This document shows, one piece after another, positions 8,746 through 19,289 of a stretch of 64,000 nt of DNA (its first letter is position 1; every line of letters starts with the position of its first letter). The notes under the pieces were generated by a model that made no database searches, was not told the origin of the DNA, and was given only the letters and a program-made list of their open reading frames with translations. The stretch is taken from assembly GCA_965228475.1 (NCBI GenBank), contig OZ245817.1, forward strand, positions 1,280,001 to 1,344,000. The letters run 5' to 3'. Position numbers and translations under genes: made by a program. Source of the DNA: Myxococcota bacterium. GTDB taxonomy: Bacteria; Myxococcota_A; UBA9160; JAFDDA01.

Positions 8746-10932
8746 GTGGCCGCGAGACGTGGCAAAGGCGAGCGCCGAACCAAGGCGCAGCGCGAGTTCC
8801 TCTCGGAAGCGGAGGAACTCGTCGATCGCATGAAGAGCGACCTCGCGGACCTCGAGGACGCGAGCGAGGGCGAGGTCGACCCCGAGCTGCTGAACGGTCT
8901 GTTCCGCCACGCCCATTCGCTCAAGGGGCTCGCCGGCATGTTCGGCGCCGAGAACATCTCGCACCTCTCCCATCGCCTCGAGGACGCACTCGATGCGCTG
9001 CGCCTCGGGCGCGTCGTGCTCGACGAGGCCGTCACCGGGGTGATGCGCGACTCCGCCGCGGAGCTCACGGAGCTGCTCGCCGAGCTCGGCGACGAGAGTG
9101 CGGAGGAGGCCGCCTCGGAGCGCGTGCGCGCACTCGTCGGACGGATCGACACCGTCTGCCGGACCGAGGTCCAGGGCCCGGACGAACTCGAGGATCTGAG
9201 TCTCGACCCGACCCTGTTGCGCGCATTGACGGAGTACGAAGAGCACCGCCTGCGCGAGAACGTCCGCCGGGGGCGCGGCATCCTGCTCGTGGAGGCGACC
9301 TTCGAGATCCTGTCCTTCGACGAGGGCCTGGCCGAGGTCGGCCGGGCCGTTCGCGAGGTCGGCGAGCTGATCTCGACGCTGCCCTCGCCCGGCGATGCCC
9401 CCGAATCCCAGATCCGCTTCGCGCTGCTCGTCGCGGCGAACGTCGGCGCTTCGGCGCTGCGCGCCCGCATGGACTCGCCCCACGTGAGCGTCACCGAGGT
9501 CACGCCGGGGGACGCGGCGGGAGTCAGCCCCCAGACCGTCGTCGCCGGAGCTGCGGCCGCGCCCGGCGCGGAGGAGGCCGACTCCGCGATCGCATCCCCG
9601 GAAGCCGCCCCGGCCTCCGCGAGCGGCGGGACCGCTCCGGCCGAAGCGTCCGCCGTGGCGCGCCCCGAAGCTCCGGCCGCGGCCGCTACGGGGTCGGAGC
9701 CCCAGGCCGGCGGGGAGGACATCGGATCGCTGCGCTCGATCAGTGAGACGGTGCGCGTGGACATCCGCAAGCTCGACGAGCTGATGAACCTGGTCGGAGA
9801 GCTGGTGATCCAGCGCGGTGCGGTGGAGTCCGTGGCCCGTCGGCTGATGCAGGACTCGCGGACCGCGCGCATCGGTTCGGAGCTCTCGAAGACGCACCAG
9901 CTCCTGGACCGCAAGCTCCGCGAGCTCCAGGCCGGCGTGCTCGAAGTCCGGATGGTTCCGCTGCGGCAGGTCTTCGAGAAGCTCTCCCGGGTGGGCCGCC
10001 GCCTGCGCCGGGATCTCGGGAAGTCCGTGCGCCTCGAACTCAACGGGGGCGAGACGGAGCTCGACAAGCTGATCGTCGAGCAGCTGGTCGACCCGCTCAT
10101 GCACGTCGTCCGCAACGCCTTCGACCACGCCATCGAGACCGAGACCGAGCGCGTCGCCGCGGGCAAGGAGGCCGAGGGCTTCATCCGCTTCGACGCCTTC
10201 CAGCGCGGCAACCACGTGGTGATCGAGGTGTCGGACGACGGCCGCGGAATCGACCCCGACGCCGTACGCCAGCGAGCCGAGGCCATCGGACTCGTCGCGC
10301 CCGGCGAGGAGCTCTCGGACCGGGAAGCCCTCGACCTGATCTTCCATCCGGGCTTCTCGACCCGGGAGGAGGTCACGTCGACCAGTGGCCGGGGCGTCGG
10401 CATGGACGTCGTGAAGTCGAACCTCACGAGCTTCGGCGGCATGGTCGAGGTGTCCTCGACCTTCGGACGCGGCACGTGCGTGACCATGACCCTGCCCACC
10501 ACGCTCGCGATCATCCAGGCCCTGGTGGTCGAGGTGGGGGACCAGACCTACGCGATTCCGCTCACCTCGGTCCTCGAGACCCTCGTCGTGGAGCGCGAGG
10601 CGATCCAGCGCAGCGACGGCCGTGAGCTCCTGAACGTGCGCGGGGCCGCGCTGCCCCTGCGGCGCCTGGCCAAGGAGTTCGACGTCGTCCCCCGCTCCGG
10701 CGCGGGAGAGACCGAGTTCGTGGTGGTGCTCGGCCTCGGCGATTCGCGCGTGGGCCTGATCGTCGACGAGCTCGTCGGGCAGCAGGACGCGGTGGTCAAG
10801 CCGATCCAGGGGCCGGTCGCCGACATCCCGGGTGTCGCGGGTGCGACGGAGCTCGGAGATCAGAACGCCGTGCTCGTGCTCGACGTCACGACCTTCATCG
10901 AGGGTGTCCACCGCCGAAAGGACGCGGCATGA
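8746..10932 (+). CDS. cheA: Chemotaxis histidine kinase
   Basis: Hpt LFRHAHSLKG, VRVDIRKLDELMNLVGELV, RNAFDHAIE, SGRGVGMDVV, C-terminal CheW-like domain. Confidence 0.96.
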   Translation: MAARRGKGERRTKAQREFLSEAEELVDRMKSDLADLEDASEGEVDPELLNGLFRHAHSLKGLAGMFGAENISHLSHRLEDALDALRLGRVVLDEAVTGVMRDSAAELTELLAELGDESAEEAASERVRALVGRIDTVCRTEVQGPDELEDLSLDPTLLRALTEYEEHRLRENVRRGRGILLVEATFEILSFDEGLAEVGRAVREVGELISTLPSPGDAPESQIRFALLVAANVGASALRARMDSPHVSVTEVTPGDAAGVSPQTVVAGAAAAPGAEEADSAIASPEAAPASASGGTAPAEASAVARPEAPAAAATGSEPQAGGEDIGSLRSISETVRVDIRKLDELMNLVGELVIQRGAVESVARRLMQDSRTARIGSELSKTHQLLDRKLRELQAGVLEVRMVPLRQVFEKLSRVGRRLRRDLGKSVRLELNGGETELDKLIVEQLVDPLMHVVRNAFDHAIETETERVAAGKEAEGFIRFDAFQRGNHVVIEVSDDGRGIDPDAVRQRAEAIGLVAPGEELSDREALDLIFHPGFSTREEVTSTSGRGVGMDVVKSNLTSFGGMVEVSSTFGRGTCVTMTLPTTLAIIQALVVEVGDQTYAIPLTSVLETLVVEREAIQRSDGRELLNVRGAALPLRRLAKEFDVVPRSGAGETEFVVVLGLGDSRVGLIVDELVGQQDAVVKPIQGPVADIPGVAGATELGDQNAVLVLDVTTFIEGVHRRKDAA

Positions 10933-11441
10933 GCGCGGTCGATCCCCACTCCGGCGCCTGGGACGAACTCGCCCGCGAGGCGACCCTGCGCCGCCAGGGC
11001 GGCGAGAAAGAGTCGGAGCTCATCCGGGAGTTCCTGGCCTTCGACGTCGGCGACACGATCTACGCCGTCGCGATCGAACGGGTCCGGGAGATCCTCCGCA
11101 TGCGGCCGATCACGCCCGTCCCGCGGGTGCCGGAGATGGTCGTCGGTGTGATCTCGATCCGCGGCGAGATCGTCGAGGTGCTCGACCTCCGGCGGCGGCT
11201 CGGGCTGTCGGCCATCGAGGCCAACCGGCGAACGCGCATCGTCGTGGTCCACGGCGAAGACGGCCGCGTGACCGGTTGCATGGTGGATCAGGTGCGCGAG
11301 GTGCTCCGCATTCCGGAGCGGATGATTCGACCGCCCGCCGAGGCGGACATGGAAAACGTCTTGGGTCTGTGCGAACGGGGCGACGACTTCGTCTCGATGC
11401 TCGACCTCGACCAGGTGCTGGAACTTGAGCGGACTCGCTGA
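10929..11441 (+). CDS. cheW: CheW adaptor
   Basis: ITPVPRVPEMVVGVISIRGEIVEVLDLRRRL. Confidence 0.92.
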   Translation: MSAVDPHSGAWDELAREATLRRQGGEKESELIREFLAFDVGDTIYAVAIERVREILRMRPITPVPRVPEMVVGVISIRGEIVEVLDLRRRLGLSAIEANRRTRIVVVHGEDGRVTGCMVDQVREVLRIPERMIRPPAEADMENVLGLCERGDDFVSMLDLDQVLELERTR

Positions 11442-11919
11442 AACGATCGAACTCGACGACGGCCGCACCGATCTCGCCTGCTTCGAGATCGGCGGCAACT
11501 GCTACGCGATCGAGGTCACGTACGTCCGGGAAATCGTCCACAGCGAGGCCGCCACGCCGCTGCCGAAGGCGCCGGCCTTGATCGAGGGCGTGATCGATCT
11601 GCGCGGCGCGGTCGTCCCCATCGTGGATCTCGGCTGCGTGCTCTCCGGGGAGGCCGTGAAGGAGGGCCCCCAGGCGCGCATCGCCGTGGTCGAGGTCGAC
11701 GGCATGGTCTTCGGCATGCGGGTCGAGGCGGCCACCCAGGTCGTCTCGGTCGATGCCGCCCGCCTCGAAGCGCCGCCCGCACTCGCGACCCAGGGCGGAT
11801 ACGACGCCGTGCGCGCCGTGCTCCGCCGGTCCGACGACTCGCCGATCCTGGTCCTTTCGATCGAACATCTCCTCGAGGCCATCTACCGCTCGGCGGCCTC
11901 GAGCGCGGAGGCCCCGTGA
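11425..11919 (+). CDS. cheW: CheW adaptor (second copy)
   Basis: TPLPKAPALIEGVIDLRGAVVPIVDL. Confidence 0.9.
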   Translation: MSGLAETIELDDGRTDLACFEIGGNCYAIEVTYVREIVHSEAATPLPKAPALIEGVIDLRGAVVPIVDLGCVLSGEAVKEGPQARIAVVEVDGMVFGMRVEAATQVVSVDAARLEAPPALATQGGYDAVRAVLRRSDDSPILVLSIEHLLEAIYRSAASSAEAP

Positions 11920-14495
11920 TGAGCGCCCCGTCCGTCTCCACGGAAACGCTGCCGAGCGGAAGGCAGCTTCGCAAGCGCCACGTGGTCACGACGCTCCTGA
12001 CGTCGGTCCTCTCTCTCGCCCTGATCTCCGGGTATCTCGTCGCGCTGCTCTCCCTGACGCCCGGGCAGTGGGAGGTCTTCTTCACGGCGCTCTTCGTCCT
12101 GGTGCCGCTGATCCTCGCGCTCCAGTGGGCGGTGATCGATCGCGCGATCTGGACGCCGGTCGAGGCCTATCTCGACGCGGCGCCCGAGGCGCGGACGACG
12201 GAGCTGTGCCGGGAGGCCTTCCGGGCCGTCGTCCACCTCCCCCGTTACATGGGGACCTGGGGGCTCTTCTGGTACGGCGCGGGCGGTGCCGTCCTCACTC
12301 TCTGGGTGGTGGTCGGCGGCGGCATCACCGCCTACGCCGCCTCGATCATCATGACGGCGGCGATCACGGGAGGGTTCGTCGGCGTCCTGTTCAGCTTCTT
12401 CTCCGCGAAGGTGCTGCTCGCGCCGACGCGGGAGCATCTCGCCAGCGAGCTGCCGGACCTCGCGGACCGAGCCAGTCTCATCCGCGGTTTGAGCCTCCGG
12501 AAGAAGGTGATCGGCGCGGTGACCGGGGTGACCCTCGTCGTGGTCGTCTTCGCGATCTTCCTGGCCCAGGTCCGCGCGTCGCGGAGCATCGAGACCGCAA
12601 CGCTGAGGATCCAGAACGTCGTTCTCGCGCGAGCCGCCGAAGACTTCGAGAACTCGCTCTCGGAGGTCGACGTGACCGAAGAGATGCGGGCCCTCGACAT
12701 CCAGTTCCTTCTGCTCGACCCGAAGACCGGCGGCGTCTTCGAAGGGCGCCCCGATGCCCTCTCGGCCTTCGAGGTCGAGGCGGTCCGCCAGGCTCTCGAA
12801 CTGGAACCCTTCGGCGACAGCCGCGCCTTCGACTCCCGGAACGCCTTCTCCTGGCAGGCGCTGCGGGACGGCCGCGTCCTCGTGGCCTACACGCCGTGGA
12901 CGGCCATCTCGAGCAGCTCCGCCGACCTGTGGGTCATCTTCGGATTGCTGCTCGGAACGTCCAGCCTGCTCGCGCTCGGGCTCGGCCTCGCGCTCTCCCG
13001 GGAGATCTGCTCCGGCATCGAGGCGGTCCGGAGCGAAGCCATGCGCCTCGGCGCGGGCGACCTCTCTCCCGGCCGCGTCTACGAATCCGAAGACGAGATC
13101 GGTGATCTCGCGCGCGGGTTCCAGCAGATGGCGGGCTTCCTGCGTTCGACGGTCGGCAGCGTGGCCGAAGCCGCCGACCGGGTCGAGAACGCCGCCGCGG
13201 AGTTCGCCTCCGTCGGTGACGCCGTGGCCGAAGCCACGGGCGCCCAGCGCAAGGCCGTGTCCCAGGCCGGCGAGTCGATGCTCCGGATCCGCGGCGAAGT
13301 CCAGGGCATCGCGGCGTCGTCCCAGGATCTGAACACCTTCATGGAAGAGTCCTCGAGCTCGGTGGCCGAACTCGGTGCCGTCGGCGAGGAACTCAGCCAG
13401 AACGCACAGGTGCTGTCCGCGAAGGTCGACGAGTCCTCGAGCTCCGTCGAGGAGATGATCCGCAGCGTCTCGGAGGTCTCGCGCAACGCGGAGGGCCTCC
13501 ACGAAGCGGCGAGCGAGACCTCGAGCAGCATGGAAGAGATGGCCGCGAGCATGCGGGAGGTCGAGACCAACGCCTCCGAGACCGCGCGCCTGTCGAGCGA
13601 GGTCGCCCGGATGGCGGACGAGGGCCGCGACAAGGTGCGGCAGACGATCGACGGGATGTACGCGATCCGCGAAGCGACGGACACCGCGCAGCACGTGATC
13701 AAGAGCCTCGGCGAGCGGGCGAAGGAGATCGGCGCCGTGGTCGAGGTGATCGACGACGTCGCGGACGAGACGAACCTGCTCGCGCTGAACGCGGCGATCA
13801 TCGCCGCCCAGGCGGGCGATCACGGTCGCTCGTTCTCGGTCGTGGCGGACGAGATCAAGGAGCTCGCCGACCGGGTCCTCGCCAGCACCAAGGAGATCGG
13901 CGGCCAGATCCGGGCCGTGCAGGAAGAGAGTGCGAACGCGGTCGGGGCCATCGAGTCCGGGTCGGAGAGCGTCCAGAGCGGCGTCGACCTCTCGGCGGAG
14001 GCGGGCGTGGCGCTCGAGCAGATCACGGATGCGGCCCGGGACGCCGGAGACCGAATCGTCGAGATCGTTACGGCGGTGCAGGAGCAATCGAAGGCCAGCG
14101 CCCACGTCGTGGCCCTGATGGATCGCGTCGGAAGCGGCGTCGATCAGATCCGGGTGGCCGGCCAGGAGCAGGATCGCAGCAACCAGGTCGTGCTCGAGGG
14201 CTGCACGACGATGCGCGACGTCGCCGCCCAGGTCCGGCTCACCACCGACGAGCAGAGCCGCGGGTCCAACCGCATCGGCGAATCCGTCGAGAGCGTTCGC
14301 GAGGCGGTCGAGAAGATCAACCATTCGCTTCAGGAACAGTCCCGGGCGTGCGGTCAGGCCGCCGAGTTCCTGAACGACGTCAACGACAACACGGCCACCA
14401 ATCAGCAGTCGACCGAGCGCATGCGCGAGGCGATGCGCGGGTTGGTGCAGCAGGCGGAGTCGCTGCGCGAGAGCGTGCAGCGTTTCCGCCTCTGA
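11916..14495 (+). CDS. Methyl-accepting chemotaxis protein: multi-TM N-terminus, HAMP, very long signalling domain
   Basis: About 6 hydrophobic helices; HAMP (EDEIGDLARGFQQM); hairpin tip ETNLLALNAAIIAAQAGDHGRSFSVVADEIKELA. Confidence 0.93.
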   Translation: MMSAPSVSTETLPSGRQLRKRHVVTTLLTSVLSLALISGYLVALLSLTPGQWEVFFTALFVLVPLILALQWAVIDRAIWTPVEAYLDAAPEARTTELCREAFRAVVHLPRYMGTWGLFWYGAGGAVLTLWVVVGGGITAYAASIIMTAAITGGFVGVLFSFFSAKVLLAPTREHLASELPDLADRASLIRGLSLRKKVIGAVTGVTLVVVVFAIFLAQVRASRSIETATLRIQNVVLARAAEDFENSLSEVDVTEEMRALDIQFLLLDPKTGGVFEGRPDALSAFEVEAVRQALELEPFGDSRAFDSRNAFSWQALRDGRVLVAYTPWTAISSSSADLWVIFGLLLGTSSLLALGLGLALSREICSGIEAVRSEAMRLGAGDLSPGRVYESEDEIGDLARGFQQMAGFLRSTVGSVAEAADRVENAAAEFASVGDAVAEATGAQRKAVSQAGESMLRIRGEVQGIAASSQDLNTFMEESSSSVAELGAVGEELSQNAQVLSAKVDESSSSVEEMIRSVSEVSRNAEGLHEAASETSSSMEEMAASMREVETNASETARLSSEVARMADEGRDKVRQTIDGMYAIREATDTAQHVIKSLGERAKEIGAVVEVIDDVADETNLLALNAAIIAAQAGDHGRSFSVVADEIKELADRVLASTKEIGGQIRAVQEESANAVGAIESGSESVQSGVDLSAEAGVALEQITDAARDAGDRIVEIVTAVQEQSKASAHVVALMDRVGSGVDQIRVAGQEQDRSNQVVLEGCTTMRDVAAQVRLTTDEQSRGSNRIGESVESVREAVEKINHSLQEQSRACGQAAEFLNDVNDNTATNQQSTERMREAMRGLVQQAESLRESVQRFRL

Positions 14496-14586
14496 ACGGA
14501 TCGAGAATCGGAGCGGTCCCGCCTCTCGGCGGACCGGAGGACCAAGCGGTTCCGCGTCGGAGCGGGCCGGGAAGGGAAGGAAGAAC

Positions 14587-16242
14587 ATGATCGCGGCATG
14601 TCCCGAGTGTCGGACCCAGTACCGCGTCGATCCCGGGAGGCTTTCCGGCGATGGCGTGCGCCTGCGCTGCACGCAGTGCCAGACGGTCTTCCGGGTGCGC
14701 GCGCCCGAGGTGGCGTCCGAGCCGCCCGCATCGCCCGAGGTGCAGGGCATCGCGCCTCCCGCTCCCGAGCCTTCGCCTGCGGCTCCCGAACCTTCGCCCG
14801 CCGCCGCCCCGAGTGGAATGAACCCGCCGGCGCCGCAGGCCCTCGAAGCGTCGTCGTCGCCCACGGATCCCTCTCCGCCGCCGGCGGACGTCGCGCCTCC
14901 GGCGCCCGCGCCGGTGACGCCGCCGGAAGGCAACGCCTGGAACCCGCGGCTGGTGCTGGTCGCGACGCCGGACGCCGAGAGCGCCAAGCGCTGCGTCGAG
15001 ACGCTTCAATCCTGGGGGCTCGAAGCCGAGTCCGCCCACGACGGCGTCGAGGCGCTGCTGAAGATCCACCGCCTCTGGCCGGCCGCGGTCGTGCTCGACC
15101 CGCAGCTCCCGAAGATGTTTGGTTTCCAGGTCTGCGAGGTCGTGAAGCGCAACGAGACCCTCCGCCGCATCGGCGTGGTCCTGATCGGTGCGATCCATCA
15201 TCCGGACCGGTACCGCCGCAACCCGCAGGAGCTCTACGGCGCGGACGCCTACGTCGAGGAGCCGGACCTGCCGGAGGGCCTCGCGCCGATCCTCCGCGAC
15301 CTTGGGCTGCCGCTGTCGCTGCCCGTCGAAGGAGCGGTGCCGGGTGCCTCCTTCGAGCCCCCCCAGCCGCCGCCGGTTCCGGCGGCCGCGGCACCGCCCG
15401 CTCCCGAGCTCACGGCTCCGCCGATGCCCGCCGCCGCCCCGGACCCCGGGATGACGATGCCGCCGCCGATTCCGGTGGAGGCCGCGCAGCCGGCCCCCGC
15501 CGCTTCGCAGCCGGGCCCCGCCGCTTCGCCGACGGTTCCGGATCTCTCGCTCCCGCCCGCGCCGCCTGCCGACCTCACGCTTCCGCCGGCTCCGGACCTG
15601 ACCGTCCCGCCGGCCCCGGAAGCGGCCGCGCCCGCGATGTCCGAGTTCGACATCCCCGACCCGGATGCCACCGCCGTGAGCCCGGCGCCGATGGAAGCGG
15701 CCGTCGCGCCGGAGCCGGTGCCGCCCGCGCCCCCGCCGGCCGTCGCGCCGCCGCTCGAAGCCGTCGCTGCCGAGCCCGAGCCGATCGAGTTCGGGACGGA
15801 GCCGGTGGAGCCCGCGCCGGGAGCCATGCCCGAGCCGCTTCCCGAACTCGAGCCCTTCCCGGAGGCCGAGGCCGCCGCGCCGGTCGTCGAAGAGGCGGAA
15901 GTCGCGTCCATCGTCGAAGAGGCCGGACCGGTTCTCGAAGAGGCCGCACCGGTTCTCGAAGAGGCCGCACCGGTCGTCGAAGAGGCGACGGCCGCGGCCG
16001 AGGACCCCGCCTTCGAACAGGCCGAACGGCTCGCGCGCATCATCGTTTCCGACGTCGTGCTCTACAACGAGGACAAGTTCCGCACCGCGTGCGAAGCCGG
16101 GAACGTGGTGGAGGCCATGGAGGCGGACCTCGCCGATGGCCGTGCCCACTTCGCTTCCCGGGTTCCGGAGCACGTCCGGAATGCGCGGGACTTCCTGGCC
16201 GACGAGCTGATGCGCGTCGCCCGTTCGCGGGGCATGGCCTGA
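14587..16242 (+). CDS. Zinc-ribbon (MJ0042-type) + atypical receiver + Pro/Ala/Glu-rich linker + helical C-terminal domain protein
   Basis: CPECRTQY...LRCTQCQTVF; AHDGVEAL...VVLDPQLPKMFGFQVC; C-terminal AERLARIIVSDVVLYN. Confidence 0.75.
   Translation: MIAACPECRTQYRVDPGRLSGDGVRLRCTQCQTVFRVRAPEVASEPPASPEVQGIAPPAPEPSPAAPEPSPAAAPSGMNPPAPQALEASSSPTDPSPPPADVAPPAPAPVTPPEGNAWNPRLVLVATPDAESAKRCVETLQSWGLEAESAHDGVEALLKIHRLWPAAVVLDPQLPKMFGFQVCEVVKRNETLRRIGVVLIGAIHHPDRYRRNPQELYGADAYVEEPDLPEGLAPILRDLGLPLSLPVEGAVPGASFEPPQPPPVPAAAAPPAPELTAPPMPAAAPDPGMTMPPPIPVEAAQPAPAASQPGPAASPTVPDLSLPPAPPADLTLPPAPDLTVPPAPEAAAPAMSEFDIPDPDATAVSPAPMEAAVAPEPVPPAPPPAVAPPLEAVAAEPEPIEFGTEPVEPAPGAMPEPLPELEPFPEAEAAAPVVEEAEVASIVEEAGPVLEEAAPVLEEAAPVVEEATAAAEDPAFEQAERLARIIVSDVVLYNEDKFRTACEAGNVVEAMEADLADGRAHFASRVPEHVRNARDFLADELMRVARSRGMA
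15914..15986 (+). repeat. In-frame 21-bp tandem repeat (about 3.5 copies, PVLEEAA)
   Basis: TCGAAGAGGCCG(G/C)ACCGGTTC units at 21-nt spacing. Confidence 0.85.
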
Positions 16243-18344
16243 TGTCCGGCTTCGACGAGCGCGAGCAAGAGAGCATCCGTCAGGATCTCGCGAGCCACGA
16301 CGAAGAAGTTCGTCGCCTGGCCGTCGAGCGCCTGGCGACGCTCTCGAGCGACGAGGGGCTCCCTCGGCTCGTCGACTGTCTCGGGGACCCGAGCTGGCGC
16401 GTCCGCAAGGCCGCCGTCGAGCGGCTCGCCGGCGTGAACGAGCCCTGGGCCGTGGCGGACGCCCTGATCTCGGCCCTGGCCGACGGGGACAACCCCGGAC
16501 GCCGCAACGCCGCCGTCGAAGTTCTCGTGCGATCCGGGCCGCGGGTGGTTCCGCGCCTGATCGAAGCCACCCAGGACGCCGACGTCGACGTGCGCAAGCT
16601 CGTCGTCGACGCGCTGGCCGGCATCGCCGACGAGCGGGCCACGACCCGGCTGATCGAGATCCTCGACGATCCCGACCCGAACGTCCGAGGCGCCGCTGCC
16701 GATGCCCTCGGCGGCATCGAAGACCGCCGCGTCGGCCCGGCACTCCTCGCCGCCGCCGTACGCGAGGACGAGGACCGGCTGGTTCGCTTCTCGGCCCTGC
16801 GCGCGCTCTCGCGTCTGGAGCAGCCCGTCGCGGCCCAGGACCTCGTCGGGGTTCTCGACGACCCGGTGCTCCGTCCGGCGGCCTTCGCCGTGCTCGGCCA
16901 CACCGACAGCGACCAGGCCGTCGAGTTCCTCCTGAAGGGACTGCTCGGAACCTCGCGTGCGAGCTGCGAAGCGGCGATGGAGTCGCTGTTGCGGATGCTC
17001 GCCCGCCTCGATGGCGTTCGCGCCGGCTGGCTGATCGAGCGCATCTCGGAGACCGCGTCGAGCGCGGAACGGTTGACCGCGGACGGCGCCGAACGCCTCG
17101 AGACCGCCGATCTCGCGACGCGCCTCGTGCTCGTCCAGTTCCTCGGCCTGCTGCGAAACGCCGACGTCGTCCTGCCCGTACTGCTGGCGGGCCGCGACGA
17201 AGCGCTCGCCGACGTGGCGACCGCCACGCTCGCTGCGATGGGGCCCTTGACCGAACAGGCCCTCGAAGCCGGGTGGGAGACCCTGCCGCCCGACTCGCGC
17301 GAGCTCGCCTGCCAGGTCCTCGGCCAGACGCGCGGCGAGAGCGGCGAAGCGCGCCTTCTCGTCGCCCTCGACGATTCCGAAGGACGGCTTCGCGCCGCCG
17401 CCGCCCGCGCGCTCGGCCGCCGCCACTGCGCGGACGCGCTGCCGGCTCTCGTCCGGCGCCTGGAAGCCGCCGCCGAGCTCGACGACGCGGCCGGTGAAGA
17501 CGAACTCTCGGCGGTGGTCGACGCCCTCGTCGGTCTGGCCCGCCCCGAGGACGGTGCTTCGCCCCTCGCGACCGAGCAGACGCTCGAGCTGCTCGGTGCC
17601 CGCCTGAACGGAGCGAGTGAGCCCGTCCGCCTGGCCATCGCCACCGTGCTCGGCCGCATCGGCAGCGCCGCGGACGCCGGGATCGTCACGCACCTGCTGC
17701 GGGACGAGAGCCCCTCCGTCCGTCGGGCGGCCGTCCACGCGCTCGGACGGCTCGATGCGGAGTCCGCCGCGGAGCCCCTGCGGCTCGCCCTCGCCGACGA
17801 GAGCCCGGCCGTTCGCATCGCGGCGGCGCGCGCTCTCGGAACCTCACGCATCCCGGACGTGGTCGACGACCTCGAACGCCTCGCCGACGACGAAGACGCC
17901 CGCGTCCGGGCCGCGACCCTGCGCGCGCTCGGCGGCTGGGGGGCCCAGTCGTCCCGCGACGAAGGCCGGGAGCGCGTGGTGGCCACCCTCGCACGGGGGC
18001 TCTCCGACGAGGGCGTCGTCGCCATGGCGGCGGCCGAGGCCTTCCAGGCCCTCGGCGGGCAGGCCGCGGCGGACGCCTGCATCCCGGTGCTCTCCTTCGA
18101 GGATCCAGAGCTCGTGCTGTCGGCCATCGCCTGCATCGGCAAGCACGGCGATGCCGCGGCCGTCTCGGAGCTGATCCCGCTTGCCGCGCATCCGCACTGG
18201 TCGGTGCGCGCCGAATCGATCGCGACGCTCTCGGAGCGGGGCGTCGCCCAGGCGGTCCCGGCGATCCTGCGCCGGCTCGAAACGGAACAGGACGACTTCG
18301 TCCGCGACGCGATCCTGCGCGCGCTCAAGCGGCTGGAGGGTTAG
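16242..18344 (+). CDS. HEAT/PBS-lyase repeat protein of the chemosensory cluster
   Basis: Many LxDxxxxVRxAAxxALG repeats; sits directly before cheR. Confidence 0.9.
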   Translation: MSGFDEREQESIRQDLASHDEEVRRLAVERLATLSSDEGLPRLVDCLGDPSWRVRKAAVERLAGVNEPWAVADALISALADGDNPGRRNAAVEVLVRSGPRVVPRLIEATQDADVDVRKLVVDALAGIADERATTRLIEILDDPDPNVRGAAADALGGIEDRRVGPALLAAAVREDEDRLVRFSALRALSRLEQPVAAQDLVGVLDDPVLRPAAFAVLGHTDSDQAVEFLLKGLLGTSRASCEAAMESLLRMLARLDGVRAGWLIERISETASSAERLTADGAERLETADLATRLVLVQFLGLLRNADVVLPVLLAGRDEALADVATATLAAMGPLTEQALEAGWETLPPDSRELACQVLGQTRGESGEARLLVALDDSEGRLRAAAARALGRRHCADALPALVRRLEAAAELDDAAGEDELSAVVDALVGLARPEDGASPLATEQTLELLGARLNGASEPVRLAIATVLGRIGSAADAGIVTHLLRDESPSVRRAAVHALGRLDAESAAEPLRLALADESPAVRIAAARALGTSRIPDVVDDLERLADDEDARVRAATLRALGGWGAQSSRDEGRERVVATLARGLSDEGVVAMAAAEAFQALGGQAAADACIPVLSFEDPELVLSAIACIGKHGDAAAVSELIPLAAHPHWSVRAESIATLSERGVAQAVPAILRRLETEQDDFVRDAILRALKRLEG

Positions 18345-18350
18345 GCGCAG

Positions 18351-19289
18351 ATGTTCTCGGCCGGTGCCGACATCGCCCCGCTCACGGATTCGGAGTTCCG
18401 CATGTTCTGCGAACTCTTCCGGGCGCATTGCGGCCTGCACTTCGGCCCGGAATCGCGCTTCCTGCTCGAGAAGCGGCTGGCCCGGCGGATGAGCGAGATC
18501 GAAGTCGAGAGCTACGGCGCCTACCACTACCTGCTGCGCAGTGAGCGCGACGGTGCGGAAGAAATGGCCGCGGCCATCGACGCGCTCACCACCAACGAGA
18601 CCTACTTCTTCCGGGAGCTCTCGCCGCTACGCGCCCTGGTCAACGAGATCATCCCCGAGCGCCTCCAGAACCAGCCGGGGCCGGTGACGATCTGGAGCGC
18701 GGGCTGTTCGAGCGGCGAGGAGCCCTACACGATCCTGATGCTCGCGCGCGAAGCCGGCCTCGAACCCGGGCGTGATCTCCACGTCTACGCCTCGGACATC
18801 TCGCGCGGCGTGCTCCAGAAGGCGCGGCGCGGGGTCTATCGCGAGGCGTCCTTCCGCGACACCGACTCCTACTTCAAGGAGAAGTACTTCGTCGAGAAGG
18901 ATGGCTCCTATGCGATCCGCGACGAGGTGAAGCACCACGTCGACTTCATCCACCTGAACCTGGTGGACCAGTCGAAGATCGCGATCCTGCCGACGATGGA
19001 CGTGATCCTGTGCCGGAATGTGATCATCTACTTCGACACCGAGACCAAGGCGAGCGTGGTGCGCACGTTCCACGACAAGCTCTCGCCGGCGGGGTATCTG
19101 CTGGTCGGGCACTCGGAGTCGCTCTTGAACCTCTCGAACGACTTCCAGCTCCACCACCTCCGCAACGACATGGTCTATCGCAAGCCCGCGGTGGGCGAGG
19201 AGCGGGGGGACCGCTGGCACGGCGCCGCCGAAGCGGCCATCGCCCGGGTGGACGGCCCGATGCACGGGCGCCGGAAGGGGGACGTGTGA
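18351..19289 (+). CDS. cheR: Chemotaxis protein methyltransferase
   Basis: LTTNETYFFRE, IWSAGCSSGEEPYT, ILCRNVIIYFD, VGHSESL. Confidence 0.96.
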   Translation: MFSAGADIAPLTDSEFRMFCELFRAHCGLHFGPESRFLLEKRLARRMSEIEVESYGAYHYLLRSERDGAEEMAAAIDALTTNETYFFRELSPLRALVNEIIPERLQNQPGPVTIWSAGCSSGEEPYTILMLAREAGLEPGRDLHVYASDISRGVLQKARRGVYREASFRDTDSYFKEKYFVEKDGSYAIRDEVKHHVDFIHLNLVDQSKIAILPTMDVILCRNVIIYFDTETKASVVRTFHDKLSPAGYLLVGHSESLLNLSNDFQLHHLRNDMVYRKPAVGEERGDRWHGAAEAAIARVDGPMHGRRKGDV

